This document shows, in pieces, positions 18,645-29,033 of a stretch of 64,000 nt of DNA (the stretch's first letter is position 1; each line of letters begins with the position of its first letter). Source of the stretch: Candidatus Omnitrophota bacterium. GTDB taxonomy: Bacteria > Omnitrophota > Gorgyraeia > Tantalellales > Tantalellaceae. Position numbers and translations under genes: made by a program. Location: contig JADGBR010000008.1 of NCBI GenBank assembly GCA_015231405.1, forward strand, positions 25,216 to 89,215. The letters are read 5' to 3'. Under the pieces are notes generated by a model that saw only the letters and a list, made by a program, of their open reading frames with translations, did not search any database and had not been told where the DNA came from.

Positions 18645-19889
18645 ATGGACATTAAATCGATAATGATTCTAACCGTTATAGCCCTTTCCGCCCCATTGGC
18701 CTGTCCGGAAAGCGTACGATCTCACCCTGTCGACTCTTTCATAAAAGAAACTATTGCCTCAAATCCCGAAATTTTAGCCGCAAAAAGCGCGTTTGAGTCC
18801 GCGAGTGCCGGAATATCCCAGGCCGCGAGTTTGGATGACCCGGAAATATGGGGCGAATATGACCGGATAACAGGGGATAGGAGTTCGTCCGGTGACCCGA
18901 TGACGACGCTCTCTGTTTCACAGGATGTCCCTTTTCCGACCAAAGTTTATTTACGGGCGAAGATAGCGTCAAAACTGGCAAAAATGGCATACGAGAATTA
19001 TAAGGCCAAAGAGAGGGATATCGTTTCCAGGGTGAAAAGCGCTTACTCAGAGCTTGTGCTTATTTATAGTTCAATCGATATTGATAAAGAGAATAAAAAT
19101 GTTCTGGACCAGCTTTCCAAGACCGCGACGACACGTTACGGGGCAGGGAAGGGGACTCAGGCGGAGGCCCTTAAAGCGCAGCTGGAGCTCGCTAAAGTCG
19201 ACAATGAACTGATAATGCTTGAGCAAAAACGTTTAACCGCCCAGGCGAGACTGAACGTGCTCGTGAATAAAGACCCGGGGACCGATCTCGGGATCCCCTC
19301 ACCCGAACCGGCAATTGAATTTAACCGTCCGCTGGATGAGATATGCCGCCTGGCTGTCGATAATAATCCCGAGCTCAAAGCATACCGGTACGCGATCGAG
19401 AGGGGGAAGGCGGCTTATGACCTTTCGCTGAACGAATTTTTGCCGGACATTTCACTTAAATTCAAACAGATGGTAGGTGATGGACGGTTCGAGGACGGAG
19501 CGTGGGCCGGGATGGTAGGTGTCACTATCCCGCTCTGGTTCTTTCAAAAACAGGCTTTTGGCGTAAAAGAGATGAAATCCGACCTTGAAATGTTGAAAGC
19601 CGAGTACAAGGGCAAGGAGAATTCGGTCCTTTTTGAGGTGAATGACGCGTACGCGCGGGTTGTGGCGAATAAAAAACTTGTCGAGTTATACGAAATGGCA
19701 TATATCCCACAGGCGCTGGGAACGGTGAACTCATTCATGAAAGGCTATGAAGCGGGGAACGCTGACTTTCTCTCACTCATCGATAGTCAACGGATGCTTA
19801 TAAGCTTCAAATTGGAACGTTATAAGGCGCTATTGGATCTAAGGATCGCTTTAGCTGATCTGGAGAGATCGGCCGGTACCGATATTTGA
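18645..19889 (+). CDS. cusC: Heavy-metal efflux outer-membrane factor (CusC/TolC family)
   Basis: OEP repeats (SQDVPFPTK, GVTIPLW, YEAGNADFLSLID); upstream of cusB and cusA. Confidence 0.82.
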   Translation: MDIKSIMILTVIALSAPLACPESVRSHPVDSFIKETIASNPEILAAKSAFESASAGISQAASLDDPEIWGEYDRITGDRSSSGDPMTTLSVSQDVPFPTKVYLRAKIASKLAKMAYENYKAKERDIVSRVKSAYSELVLIYSSIDIDKENKNVLDQLSKTATTRYGAGKGTQAEALKAQLELAKVDNELIMLEQKRLTAQARLNVLVNKDPGTDLGIPSPEPAIEFNRPLDEICRLAVDNNPELKAYRYAIERGKAAYDLSLNEFLPDISLKFKQMVGDGRFEDGAWAGMVGVTIPLWFFQKQAFGVKEMKSDLEMLKAEYKGKENSVLFEVNDAYARVVANKKLVELYEMAYIPQALGTVNSFMKGYEAGNADFLSLIDSQRMLISFKLERYKALLDLRIALADLERSAGTDI

Positions 19890-19908
19890 TCTCATGGAAC
19901 AGACCAGT

Positions 19909-19985
19909 GTCATTGCGAGCGAAGCGAAGCAATCTATGTCAATATTTTGGGATTGCTTCGGTCGCTATTGCGCCCTCGCAAAGAC
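19909..19985. repeat. REP-like palindromic element, copy 3
   Basis: GTCATTGCGAG-CGAAG-CGAAGCAATC...GATTGCTTCG...CTCGCAAAGAC. Confidence 0.82.
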
Positions 19986-20017
19986 GGGTTTATCTGAACA
20001 TAAAAAAAGAGGTATTT

Positions 20018-21406
20018 GTGAATATACTCAAAAAAGCGTTATTGGCCGCCGCGGCGGTTATTATCTTGGGTGTAGTTTTGTTGCCCGCGGGTTGCGGCCG
20101 GTCGGGAAATAGGGATACGGAGAGGATCGAGACGGCCATGTATACTTGTCCTATGCATCCCGCATACACGTCAGATAAACACGGTGATTGCCCCATTTGC
20201 GGTATGAAACTGGTCGCGAAGCGAACGCTTCTTGAGAGAGCGTCAGCGCGGACTGATAACAAGTCAGATCTACGAGAGGAAAAAACTTTGGACGAGGTTT
20301 GTATAGACCACAAATGCGACATGAAAAATTGCCCAATGATGATAAGGGCCCATTTAAAGCCCGGGGAAAGGATGAGCTGCCCCGTTTGCGGCGAAGTGAT
20401 CGCCACGATGAACGGGAAAGTGGTAGAGATCCCAAAGGCCGGGATAACGGCCCCGGCGGTGAACAAACAAGAACGGAAGGTCCTTTATTACCGGAATCCC
20501 ATGGACCCGCGATCCACCTCGCCGGTACCTATGAAAGATCCGATGGGTATGGATTATGTCCCTGTTTATGAAGAGCCATTGTCCGGGACTTTTCCCGGGG
20601 GCTCTCTTGTGGCAATAAGCCAGGACAGACAGCAGATGATAGGAGTTAGAACGGAGACGGTCAGGGTAATTGACCTTGCGAAGGTGATCAGGGCATCCGG
20701 AAAGATCGCCTATGATCCCGAACTTGCCGTAACACAGGAAGAATTTGTCCAGGCGTTGAACACCGAAGATAATTTAAAAGATTCGCCGCTAAAGGATGTT
20801 ATCGACAGGGCCCGGAGCATTACGGAAGCCTCTCGTAATAAGCTGAAGTTGCTGGGGATGAGCGGTGATGAGATCAGCGCTCTTGAAAAGGTACGGAAAG
20901 TCGGGACGAGCACATATCTTCCGTCCAAGGGGCAAAGTGTATGGGCTTATATCTCGGTATATGAATACGAGATAGGGGCAATTAAGACCGGTGACAACGT
21001 GGATATCGAAGCTGTTGCCTATCCGGGAGAGAAATTCATGGGAAAGGTCGTGTCAATTAATCCCGTGTTGGATCCGGTCACAAGGACTGACCAGGTGCGG
21101 GTCGAAGTGCTTAACCCCGATAGTAAGCTAAAGCCGGAGATGTTCGTGAGCGCATCTATTAAGATAAGTTTAGGTCCCAAACTAGCGGTTCCGGTTGCCG
21201 CCGTCCTGGATACTGGTTTGAGGAAGATAGTTTACGTCTCATCGGGAAATGACATGCTGGAATCCAGGGAGGTAACCCTCGGCGGAAAAGCTGGAAATTA
21301 TTATGAGGTCATAAGCGGTCTCAAAGAAGGGGACTTGGTCGTCACGAGCGGTAACTTCCTTGTTGATTCCGAATCTAAGTTAAAGTCTCTTTCCGAAGGG
21401 AAATGA
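20018..21406 (+). CDS. cusB: CusB-type RND periplasmic adaptor with heavy-metal-binding domains
   Basis: GTG start with GAGG RBS; lipobox-like LPAGC; YTCPMHP...CPICGMKL; YYRNPMDP...KDPMGMDYVPVY; LKPEMF; GNFLVDSES. Confidence 0.88.
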   Translation: MNILKKALLAAAAVIILGVVLLPAGCGRSGNRDTERIETAMYTCPMHPAYTSDKHGDCPICGMKLVAKRTLLERASARTDNKSDLREEKTLDEVCIDHKCDMKNCPMMIRAHLKPGERMSCPVCGEVIATMNGKVVEIPKAGITAPAVNKQERKVLYYRNPMDPRSTSPVPMKDPMGMDYVPVYEEPLSGTFPGGSLVAISQDRQQMIGVRTETVRVIDLAKVIRASGKIAYDPELAVTQEEFVQALNTEDNLKDSPLKDVIDRARSITEASRNKLKLLGMSGDEISALEKVRKVGTSTYLPSKGQSVWAYISVYEYEIGAIKTGDNVDIEAVAYPGEKFMGKVVSINPVLDPVTRTDQVRVEVLNPDSKLKPEMFVSASIKISLGPKLAVPVAAVLDTGLRKIVYVSSGNDMLESREVTLGGKAGNYYEVISGLKEGDLVVTSGNFLVDSESKLKSLSEGK

Positions 21407-21407
21407 T

Positions 21408-24400
21408 ATGATAGAAAAGATCATCGAGTTCTCAGCGAAAAATAAATACATCGTCATTATTTTTGCCATGGTGGCTATTGTCAGCGCGGTGTATTGTGTA
21501 AAAAATATCCCTCTGGACGCGATACCCGATCTTTCCGATACACAGGTAATAATCTACTCCCGCTGGGACAGATCGCCCGATATCATCGAGGACCAGGTGA
21601 CATATCCTATAGTGAGCGCTATGCTGGGAGCGCCTAACGTTAAAGCTATCAGAGGTTTCTCCGATTTCGGATTTTCCTATGTCTACGTCATTTTCAAGGA
21701 CGGTACGGATATTTATTGGGCCCGTAGCCGTACGCTGGAATATTTAAGTAAGATCACGCCCAGGCTCCCGGAAGGAGTTAAGACCGAGATGGGCCCTGAC
21801 GCGAGTTCGGTCGGATGGGTCTATCAATATGCCCTTGTAGATAAGACCGGGAAGAACGATCTGGCCGAACTCCGTTCATTCCAGGACTGGTACCTCCGAT
21901 ATTGGCTCCAGAGCGTTCCCGGTGTGGCTGAAGTAGCTTCTGTCGGCGGATTCCAGAAACAGTATCAGGTGAACGTGGACCCTAACGCGTTGCTTTCATA
22001 TAAAATTCCTTTGACGAGCGTAGTTGACGCTATCCGCGACGGCAATAACGATGTGGGGGGAAGGCTGGTCGAATTCTCCGGGGCGGAATATATGATCCGC
22101 GGCAGAGGCTACGCGAAGTCCATACAGGATATCGAGAATATTTCCGTCGGTATAGATCCGTCAGGTATTCCGGTCCTCGTAAAAAACATCGCTAAAGTCG
22201 CGTTGGGCCCCGATATCCGACGCGGCGTGGCTGACATTGACGGCGAAGGCGATACCGTCGGCGGTATCGTTATCATGCGGTACGGCGAGAACGCGCTAAA
22301 TGTGATCGACCGCGTGAAACAAAAGATCGAAGAGGTCAAGCCCTCGCTCCCCGCGGGAATAGAGATCGCGACTACTTATGACAGATCGGAGCTAATAAAA
22401 AGGTCTATAGACACCCTGAAACATCAGCTTATCGAGGAAATGATCATAGTCAGTATCGTTATCCTGATCTTTTTGTGGCATTTCCCCTCGGCTGTCGTCC
22501 CGATAGTCACGATACCCATAGCGGTGCTGCTTTCTTTCATCCCTATGTTCGGGATGAAGCTGACTTCAAATATCATGAGCCTGTCGGGCATAGCGATATC
22601 TATCGGAGTGCTGGTCGACGGGGCTATTGTCGAGGTAGAGAACGCTTATAAGAAATTACAGATTTGGGAAGCGGGTGGCCGTAAAGGCGATTTTCACGTT
22701 ATCAGACTGAACGCGTTGAAAGAAGTAGGCCCTTCGGTATTCTTTTCTCTCCTTGTGATAGCGGTGGCGTTTATCCCGGTTTTCACTCTCGTTGACCAGG
22801 AGGGGCGTCTATTCAAACCTCTTGCGTTCAGTAAGAACCTTGCTATGGCGATAGCCGCTATCCTGGCTATCACGCTCGATCCCGCAATGCGGATGCTGTT
22901 CACCCGGATGGATCCCAAACATTTCAGGCCGCGCTGGTTATCGAATATCTGGAGCGCGGTGACGGTCGGCAAATACTACCCTGAGGAAAAACATCCCGTC
23001 AGCAGGGTCATTTTCCGTATTTACGAGCCGGCCTGCAGGTTCGTTCTTAAATATCGAAAGACCACTATCCTGGCCGCGGTTATATTGATGCTTTCCGTTA
23101 TCCCTGTTTATTTCAAACTCGGGTCCGAATTCATGCCTCCTTTGAACGAAGGCACGATCTTGTACATGCCGACAACATTGCCAGGGATATCGGTAACGGA
23201 GACGCAAAAACTGCTCCAATCGATGGACAAGATCCTTAAGGGCATACCCGAAGTTGAAAGGGTTTTTGGCAAAGCCGGCCGCGCTGAGACATCAACTGAC
23301 CCGGCGCCGTTCTCTATGATGGAGACCACCATTGTGTTAAAACCGGAGAGTGAATGGCGGAAAGTTCACTCCTGGTATTCGTGGATGCCCGGTCGTATCC
23401 AATCCGTTTTCAGGCCGGTATGGCGGGACCGGATCACTTACGAAGATCTTATAAGCGATATCGACCTTAAGATGCAATTTCCCGGGGTTTCGAACGCCTG
23501 GACTATGCCTATCAAGGCCAGGATCGATATGCTGTCTACCGGTATCAGGACGCCCGTGGGTATAAAGATATATGGCGCCGACCTTAAAGAGATCGAAAAG
23601 ATCGGCTTGGCGATCGAGCCGGTCATGAAGGATATTAAGGGAACGCGGTCCGTATTCGCCGAACGTGTTACCGGCGGATATTTTCTGGATTTCGATCTAA
23701 AACGCGAACAGCTTGCCCGTTACGGGCTCACCGTAAAAGACGCGGAAATGGTCATCACTTCGGCCATAGGCGGAGAGACTGTCACCACCACGATCGAAGG
23801 CCGGGAAAGGTATACCGTCAATGTCCGATACGCCAGGGAATTCCGCGACGACCTTGATAAACTGAAAAGAGTGCTTGTCCCAACGATGTCGGGTTCGGCG
23901 ATACCTCTCGAGGAAATAGCCGATATCCATCTTTCTTCCGGGCCGGCCATGATACGTGATGAGAACGGCATGCTGGCGGGGTATGTGTATGTGGATATCG
24001 CCCGAAGAGATGTCGGAAGCTATGTTGCCGAGGCGAGAAAGGTCGTCCGCGACAAAATTCAGTTACCCTCGGGGTACTCTCTCCAGTGGAGCGGTCAATA
24101 CGAGAATATGCTGAGAGTCCATGAGAGGTTGAAACTGGTCATACCGATCACTCTTTTTCTGATCTTTATTTTGCTTTACATGAATACCAGGTCTCCGGTC
24201 AAAGCGTCCATAGTCATGCTGACTGTTCCATTCTCACTGGTCGGAGCCATATGGTTCCTGTACATCCTGGGCTACAATATGTCGATAGCCGTGTGGGTGG
24301 GAATGATCGCTTTAATGGGCCTGGACGCTGAAACAGGCGTATTTATGTTGCTTTTTCTTGATATGTCCTATTATGATATGGTACGAGAGGGTCGTATGAG

Positions 24401-24680
24401 GACGAGGGAAGATCTCGATGAAGCGATTATCCACGGGGCTGTCAAAAGGATCCGCCCTAAAATGATGACGGTACTGGCTATGTTCATTGGACTACTTCCC
24501 ATAATGTGGTCCATGGGCGCCGGAAGCGATATGATGAAAAGGATAGCTGCACCTATGATCGGAGGAATATTCACCAGCTTTCTCATGGAATTATTGGTAT
24601 ATCCTCCTATTTATTCGTTATGGAAATGGAAGTGTGAAATGAAGGAAGGGAAAGTTGTTGTGACTCAGACTGTGTCATAA
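21408..24680 (+). CDS. cusA: CusA/SilA heavy-metal RND permease
   Basis: LDAIPDLSDTQVII, IEDQVTYP, YWARSR, GSEFMPPLNEG, DPAPFSM, GAVKRIRPKMMT. Confidence 0.95.
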   Translation: MIEKIIEFSAKNKYIVIIFAMVAIVSAVYCVKNIPLDAIPDLSDTQVIIYSRWDRSPDIIEDQVTYPIVSAMLGAPNVKAIRGFSDFGFSYVYVIFKDGTDIYWARSRTLEYLSKITPRLPEGVKTEMGPDASSVGWVYQYALVDKTGKNDLAELRSFQDWYLRYWLQSVPGVAEVASVGGFQKQYQVNVDPNALLSYKIPLTSVVDAIRDGNNDVGGRLVEFSGAEYMIRGRGYAKSIQDIENISVGIDPSGIPVLVKNIAKVALGPDIRRGVADIDGEGDTVGGIVIMRYGENALNVIDRVKQKIEEVKPSLPAGIEIATTYDRSELIKRSIDTLKHQLIEEMIIVSIVILIFLWHFPSAVVPIVTIPIAVLLSFIPMFGMKLTSNIMSLSGIAISIGVLVDGAIVEVENAYKKLQIWEAGGRKGDFHVIRLNALKEVGPSVFFSLLVIAVAFIPVFTLVDQEGRLFKPLAFSKNLAMAIAAILAITLDPAMRMLFTRMDPKHFRPRWLSNIWSAVTVGKYYPEEKHPVSRVIFRIYEPACRFVLKYRKTTILAAVILMLSVIPVYFKLGSEFMPPLNEGTILYMPTTLPGISVTETQKLLQSMDKILKGIPEVERVFGKAGRAETSTDPAPFSMMETTIVLKPESEWRKVHSWYSWMPGRIQSVFRPVWRDRITYEDLISDIDLKMQFPGVSNAWTMPIKARIDMLSTGIRTPVGIKIYGADLKEIEKIGLAIEPVMKDIKGTRSVFAERVTGGYFLDFDLKREQLARYGLTVKDAEMVITSAIGGETVTTTIEGRERYTVNVRYAREFRDDLDKLKRVLVPTMSGSAIPLEEIADIHLSSGPAMIRDENGMLAGYVYVDIARRDVGSYVAEARKVVRDKIQLPSGYSLQWSGQYENMLRVHERLKLVIPITLFLIFILLYMNTRSPVKASIVMLTVPFSLVGAIWFLYILGYNMSIAVWVGMIALMGLDAETGVFMLLFLDMSYYDMVREGRMRTREDLDEAIIHGAVKRIRPKMMTVLAMFIGLLPIMWSMGAGSDMMKRIAAPMIGGIFTSFLMELLVYPPIYSLWKWKCEMKEGKVVVTQTVS

Positions 24681-24723
24681 CCCGAAAGGTATCCGAAATA
24701 CAGTCTGACTATTTGGAGTCTAG

Positions 24724-26703
24724 ATGTCTGAAAGATCTTCGATGTTAGGGAAAGTTCGCAGGGTGCTTGTCGGTAAGGAGAAGAACCCGCTCGACAAAAA
24801 GATATTCCATAACCTTTCGCTGATAGCGTTCTTCGCGTGGGTAGGGCTGGGAGCGGACGGTTTGTCTTCTTCATGTTACGGCCCAGAAGAAGCTTTCCTG
24901 GCGCTTGGCGGGCATAGCTATCTTATCCTCCTGGTCGGGTTAATGACCGTGATCACCATTTCGGTTATCTGCGCCAGTTATTCGCAGATAATCGAAAAGT
25001 TCCCCATGGGCGGGGGCGGATACCTTGTGGCGAGTAAGCTTTTGTCCCCTTCGGTCGGGATGATATCCGGATGCGCGCTCCTTATCGATTACGTCCTTAC
25101 TATAACCCTATCGATAGCCTCAGGAGCCGACGCGGTTTTCAGCTTTCTGCCGCCGCACATGGCCGAATACAAGCTCGGGGCGGCGCTTACGGGCGTATTG
25201 GTCCTCACTGTCCTCAACCTCCGGGGAGTGAAAGAGTCCGTGCTCCCGCTCGTCCCTGTTTTTCTGATCTTTGTTGTCACTCATTTATTCGCGGTATCTT
25301 ATTCTTTTCTGACCCATGCCAACAGTATGGATACCATCATCGGTAACGTCGGCGAGGATGTAAGGTCGACTTTTTCACAGATAGGGTTCTTGGGTATGCT
25401 GATGCTGCTCATGAGGTCGTACAGTCTCGGGGCGGGCACGTATACAGGCATCGAAGCGGTCAGTAACGGTATGCAGATACTCAGGGAACCAAGGGTCGAG
25501 ACCGGGAAGCTGACTATGCGGTATATGGCCATTTCCCTGTCCGTGGTGGTCATGGGACTTATGATGTCTTACCTTTTTTACGACGTCAGTTATTCCCACG
25601 GTAAAACCTTGAATGCCGTGCTTTTTGGGAGAATGACCGCGGGATGGGGTACCGCCGGGACGGTTTTTTTACTTGTCACGTTATTGTCCGAGGCGCTTAT
25701 CCTCTTCATAGCCGCCCAGACCGGTTTTATGGGCGGACCGAAGATCCTGGCCAATATGGCCGTGGACAGGTGGGTCCCCTCGAAATTCGCCAGCCTCAGT
25801 GACAGGCTTGTCACTGAGAACGGGGTCATATTGATGGGTCTCGCCGCGGGCGTTACAATGGTTTTATCTAAAGGGTCCGTCAAGTACATGGTAGTTCTAT
25901 ATAGTATCAACGTATTCATAACTTTTACCCTTTCCCAGGCGGGCATGGTCAAATTATGGTGGCGGGAACGCTCTCCTAAGTGGAAAAGGAAGATGGTCCT
26001 TAACGGCACCGGGCTCTTGATGAGCTCTTTTATCCTGGTGTCGGTCGTTATGCTTAAATTCAACGAGGGCGGATGGATAACTCTTGTGGTCACCGGGCTA
26101 TTGGCTTCATTGGCGTTATTCATAAAAAAACATTACCTGAATACCATGAAACAACTGCGCCGTTTGAATTCGCTGATAGAAGCCGCCGAGATCTCGATCG
26201 ACGATATTCTCCCGGACAATATCCCAGAGAAGAATGATCCGGGCGCGAGAACAGCCGTTCTTTTTGTTAACGGGTATAACGGTCTCGGTCTCCATTCGCT
26301 TTTTAACCTGGTAAAGCTTTTCGGAGGGGTATTCAAGAACTATGTCTTTGTGCAGATAGGCATACTGGACGCCGGGAATTTTAAAGGGTCCGAAGAAGTG
26401 GAACATCTCAAGAAAGAAGCCGAAAAAGAAGTGGGGCGTTACTCCGAATTCATGTCAAGGCAGGGAAAATACTCCGAAGGGATGGCGTTCGTATCGGTGG
26501 ACGTCATATCGGAGATAGATAAGATCGGATCCGCGGTAAGGGAAAAATTCCCGGATTCGGTATTCTTCGGCGGGCAGCTCGTTTTCTCCAAAGAAACGCT
26601 CATAGACAGATGGCTGCACAACTACACCGTCTTCGCCATGCAGCGCAGATTCTACCAGGACGGCATCCCCTTCATAATATTGCCGATCAGGGTTAGCGCC
26701 TGA
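24724..26703 (+). CDS. APC-family permease, KimA/YdaO-like
   Basis: GADGLSSSCYGPEE, SYSQII...GGGGY, ALLIDYVLT, TGIEAVSNG, LYSINVF; cytoplasmic C-terminal domain. Confidence 0.85.
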   Translation: MSERSSMLGKVRRVLVGKEKNPLDKKIFHNLSLIAFFAWVGLGADGLSSSCYGPEEAFLALGGHSYLILLVGLMTVITISVICASYSQIIEKFPMGGGGYLVASKLLSPSVGMISGCALLIDYVLTITLSIASGADAVFSFLPPHMAEYKLGAALTGVLVLTVLNLRGVKESVLPLVPVFLIFVVTHLFAVSYSFLTHANSMDTIIGNVGEDVRSTFSQIGFLGMLMLLMRSYSLGAGTYTGIEAVSNGMQILREPRVETGKLTMRYMAISLSVVVMGLMMSYLFYDVSYSHGKTLNAVLFGRMTAGWGTAGTVFLLVTLLSEALILFIAAQTGFMGGPKILANMAVDRWVPSKFASLSDRLVTENGVILMGLAAGVTMVLSKGSVKYMVVLYSINVFITFTLSQAGMVKLWWRERSPKWKRKMVLNGTGLLMSSFILVSVVMLKFNEGGWITLVVTGLLASLALFIKKHYLNTMKQLRRLNSLIEAAEISIDDILPDNIPEKNDPGARTAVLFVNGYNGLGLHSLFNLVKLFGGVFKNYVFVQIGILDAGNFKGSEEVEHLKKEAEKEVGRYSEFMSRQGKYSEGMAFVSVDVISEIDKIGSAVREKFPDSVFFGGQLVFSKETLIDRWLHNYTVFAMQRRFYQDGIPFIILPIRVSA

Positions 26704-26784
26704 CAAGCTATTGTCATATGCTGTTATGATAAATAAGAGGACCTCAGTTGACTTTGTATGACGGTAGTGATATCTTCCTTATTG

Positions 26785-26970
26785 ATGGATAAAAAGGTAT
26801 TGATAGTTACGTCGGTTCATGACAGTAAGATCGATCATTACTGGGAGGGAAAGTCTTTTGTCGAGAGGCTCGAAGCCTTGGAAAGATTAAGGGGGATTAT
26901 TTTTGGCTATGATGCGTTTACCGAAAGACTTCAAAGAACTCTTACAATTACTGAACTCAAAAGGGATTGA
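26785..26970 (+). CDS. Small hypothetical protein, partner of the nucleotidyltransferase
   Basis: YWEGKSFVERLEALERLR...RLQR; overlaps the start of the NTase gene. Confidence 0.65.
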   Translation: MDKKVLIVTSVHDSKIDHYWEGKSFVERLEALERLRGIIFGYDAFTERLQRTLTITELKRD

Positions 26971-27358
26971 GTATTTGGTCGTAGGAGGTTATGCCGTTGC
27001 TTTGTACGGATATCCCCGTGCTACCGGCGATATGGATATTTGGGTGGCAATTTCCAAGGAGAACGCTTCGAAGATCGTGGAAGTTTTGAAGGAGTTCGGC
27101 TTTGACATGCCTGAGTTGAAAGAAGAGTTATTTATGGCGTCCGGAAAAAACATAAGGATGGGGACACCTCCATTACGCATTGAAATATTAACCTCCATAG
27201 ACGGGGTAGAATTCAGCGACTGTTTAAAACGCAAGAAAAACGTTAATATCGATGACCTGGAAATTAGTTTTATCTCATTCGACGATCTGATCCTGAACAA
27301 GAAGGCCACTGGGAGATATAAAGACCTCGCCGATATTGATAATCTCAAGGGCCAATGA
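26909..27358 (+). CDS. Minimal nucleotidyltransferase (DUF6036-like)
   Basis: YLVVGGYAVALYGYPRATGDMDIW and LILNKKATGRYKDLAD. Confidence 0.85.
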   Translation: MMRLPKDFKELLQLLNSKGIEYLVVGGYAVALYGYPRATGDMDIWVAISKENASKIVEVLKEFGFDMPELKEELFMASGKNIRMGTPPLRIEILTSIDGVEFSDCLKRKKNVNIDDLEISFISFDDLILNKKATGRYKDLADIDNLKGQ

Positions 27359-27365
27359 TCTCAGT

Positions 27366-28994
27366 TTACAGTAGTTTTTGTAGATTCTCCCTGAAAATAT
27401 CCCCATGAACATATTCGAATTCCCACTTGGGCGTTTTGGCCGTTCCCGTGAGCCGGGCTCCGCTTATTCTTTTGCCCAGGCCGGCGGTAGGGACCCTGAA
27501 GAGGTTATCCGTTATGGACTGGTCCATATGTGAGGCGTTCGTGAGCTGGTTTTGGAAAGTAAAATCGAGTTCGCCGGAGAAATTGGCTTTGCCGCTTCCG
27601 GTTATATACACATTATCGCCGTGAAATACAATATTGTCGGAGTGTATTGTCTTCATGCCTATCGAAAATATAGCCTCGGCGGCTGTTATGGCGGCGATCT
27701 CGCCGGGCATAACAATTTGCTGAATGGTCGAATATATCGTGCCTAGAAAAGGGGCCGGTAAAGCGGCAGGGCCCAAATAAGCGTTGTTTATGGAGATCTT
27801 ACCAGACCCCTCGATCATGGACGGATCCTTCAAAGATCCGTGTAGATTGAAATCGCCGTTTAAAACCCCGTTTATCCTCGACGGTTTTTTAGACATATCC
27901 GTAAAAAACGAGTTGCAGTTCATGCCTCTCGCGGAAGAGAATATATTGAAGGGCAGCGCGGGGCTTTTTAACCCGATAACAATATCGGCTGATATTTCTC
28001 CGCCGTATAAAGGCATGGATATTTTCGATAACTCGAGGACCCCGTCTTCCACTAGTAGGACAGATGATATATCTCCGACAAGGGACCCGTTGACTTGAAC
28101 GCCCCTTGCGCGCGCATCCTGCATGGAAAATATCCCGTTCTCATAAAATATATCCGAGGTTAATTCATCTATTTTCAGGCCGTTACAAGAGAGATCTCTC
28201 AGCGAGAGGCGTGATCCGGTTATTTTGCCGTTCGCGCCGAAATTAACGGGACCGTAATTCCCGGATATAGTGTTAATAATGAGATCTTTGCCGCTCGTGT
28301 CGAGGTCGGCACCGGTCCTGAAATCATTCGTCGCGAGCGTTATCAGGTATCCGTTCGCCGGGGTTTGTTTTCGCGATAACGTTAAAGAATAAGGTTTATC
28401 CCCGAAAAGAAGAACAGCGTTCATTTGATCTAATGACAAAGGAACTCTTTCGAACCGGATATTCCCCGAAAGTTTTCTCGCGATGGTTGTTGCCTTGCCG
28501 ATGATCGGGTCAGCGAATGAAAAGGATCCGGCATAGATACTGACATCAATGCTCCGAGGCGAAAAATGATCAGATGTTGAATTAATAAGGGTCAAGCTCT
28601 TCGGCTGGTCATTTTTAGGCGGCTGGGGCGTAGCCGGTCCTGCGATAGAAGGGTATAGGATGATGTCGCCTATGTCTATGGAAAGAGCGAGTTTCTTTAT
28701 CCTCAGAAGGGAAACGAGATCGGCGTGAATAGCCGCTTTGTCGATCGTGAGCGCTATGCTCTTTTTGCCGGCGTCGTTATAGATCCGGATATTTTCAAAA
28801 GAAAATCCGAGGAAAGGTGAAACCCGTGTTTTCTCAATGTCCAATAATTTACCCGAGAGTCCTGGTATTTTTCCTATAACGGCGGTCGCGATCCAGGAAC
28901 AACTCTTTTTAGCCATTAATGGTATCCCGAGATAAAAAAACGTGAGTAAAACAAGAACCAGGGTCAAGCCTGTCAGTTTAACGGTTTTGGTCAT
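27366..28994 (-). CDS. AsmA-family protein
   Basis: N-terminal anchor, beta-rich repeats, LYGGEI, C-terminal GSGKANFSGELD...LTGTAKTPKW. Confidence 0.72.
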   Translation of the reverse strand: MTKTVKLTGLTLVLVLLTFFYLGIPLMAKKSCSWIATAVIGKIPGLSGKLLDIEKTRVSPFLGFSFENIRIYNDAGKKSIALTIDKAAIHADLVSLLRIKKLALSIDIGDIILYPSIAGPATPQPPKNDQPKSLTLINSTSDHFSPRSIDVSIYAGSFSFADPIIGKATTIARKLSGNIRFERVPLSLDQMNAVLLFGDKPYSLTLSRKQTPANGYLITLATNDFRTGADLDTSGKDLIINTISGNYGPVNFGANGKITGSRLSLRDLSCNGLKIDELTSDIFYENGIFSMQDARARGVQVNGSLVGDISSVLLVEDGVLELSKISMPLYGGEISADIVIGLKSPALPFNIFSSARGMNCNSFFTDMSKKPSRINGVLNGDFNLHGSLKDPSMIEGSGKISINNAYLGPAALPAPFLGTIYSTIQQIVMPGEIAAITAAEAIFSIGMKTIHSDNIVFHGDNVYITGSGKANFSGELDFTFQNQLTNASHMDQSITDNLFRVPTAGLGKRISGARLTGTAKTPKWEFEYVHGDIFRENLQKLL

Positions 28995-29033
28995 GGGACG
29001 TATTATAGCATTTAATTAAAATGCCATACAGGG

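Noticed and set aside
19886-20017. N-terminal extension of cusB (likewise 5898-5969 for the response regulator)
   Set aside because: Translation of the REP-like palindrome; better RBS-supported starts lie downstream.
24662-24720. Possible c-di-AMP (ydaO) riboswitch before the KimA-like permease
   Set aside because: A hairpin exists (TCAGACTGT/ACAGTCTGA around a CC-GAAA-GG loop), but the intergenic gap is only 43 nt and the conserved riboswitch blocks are absent.
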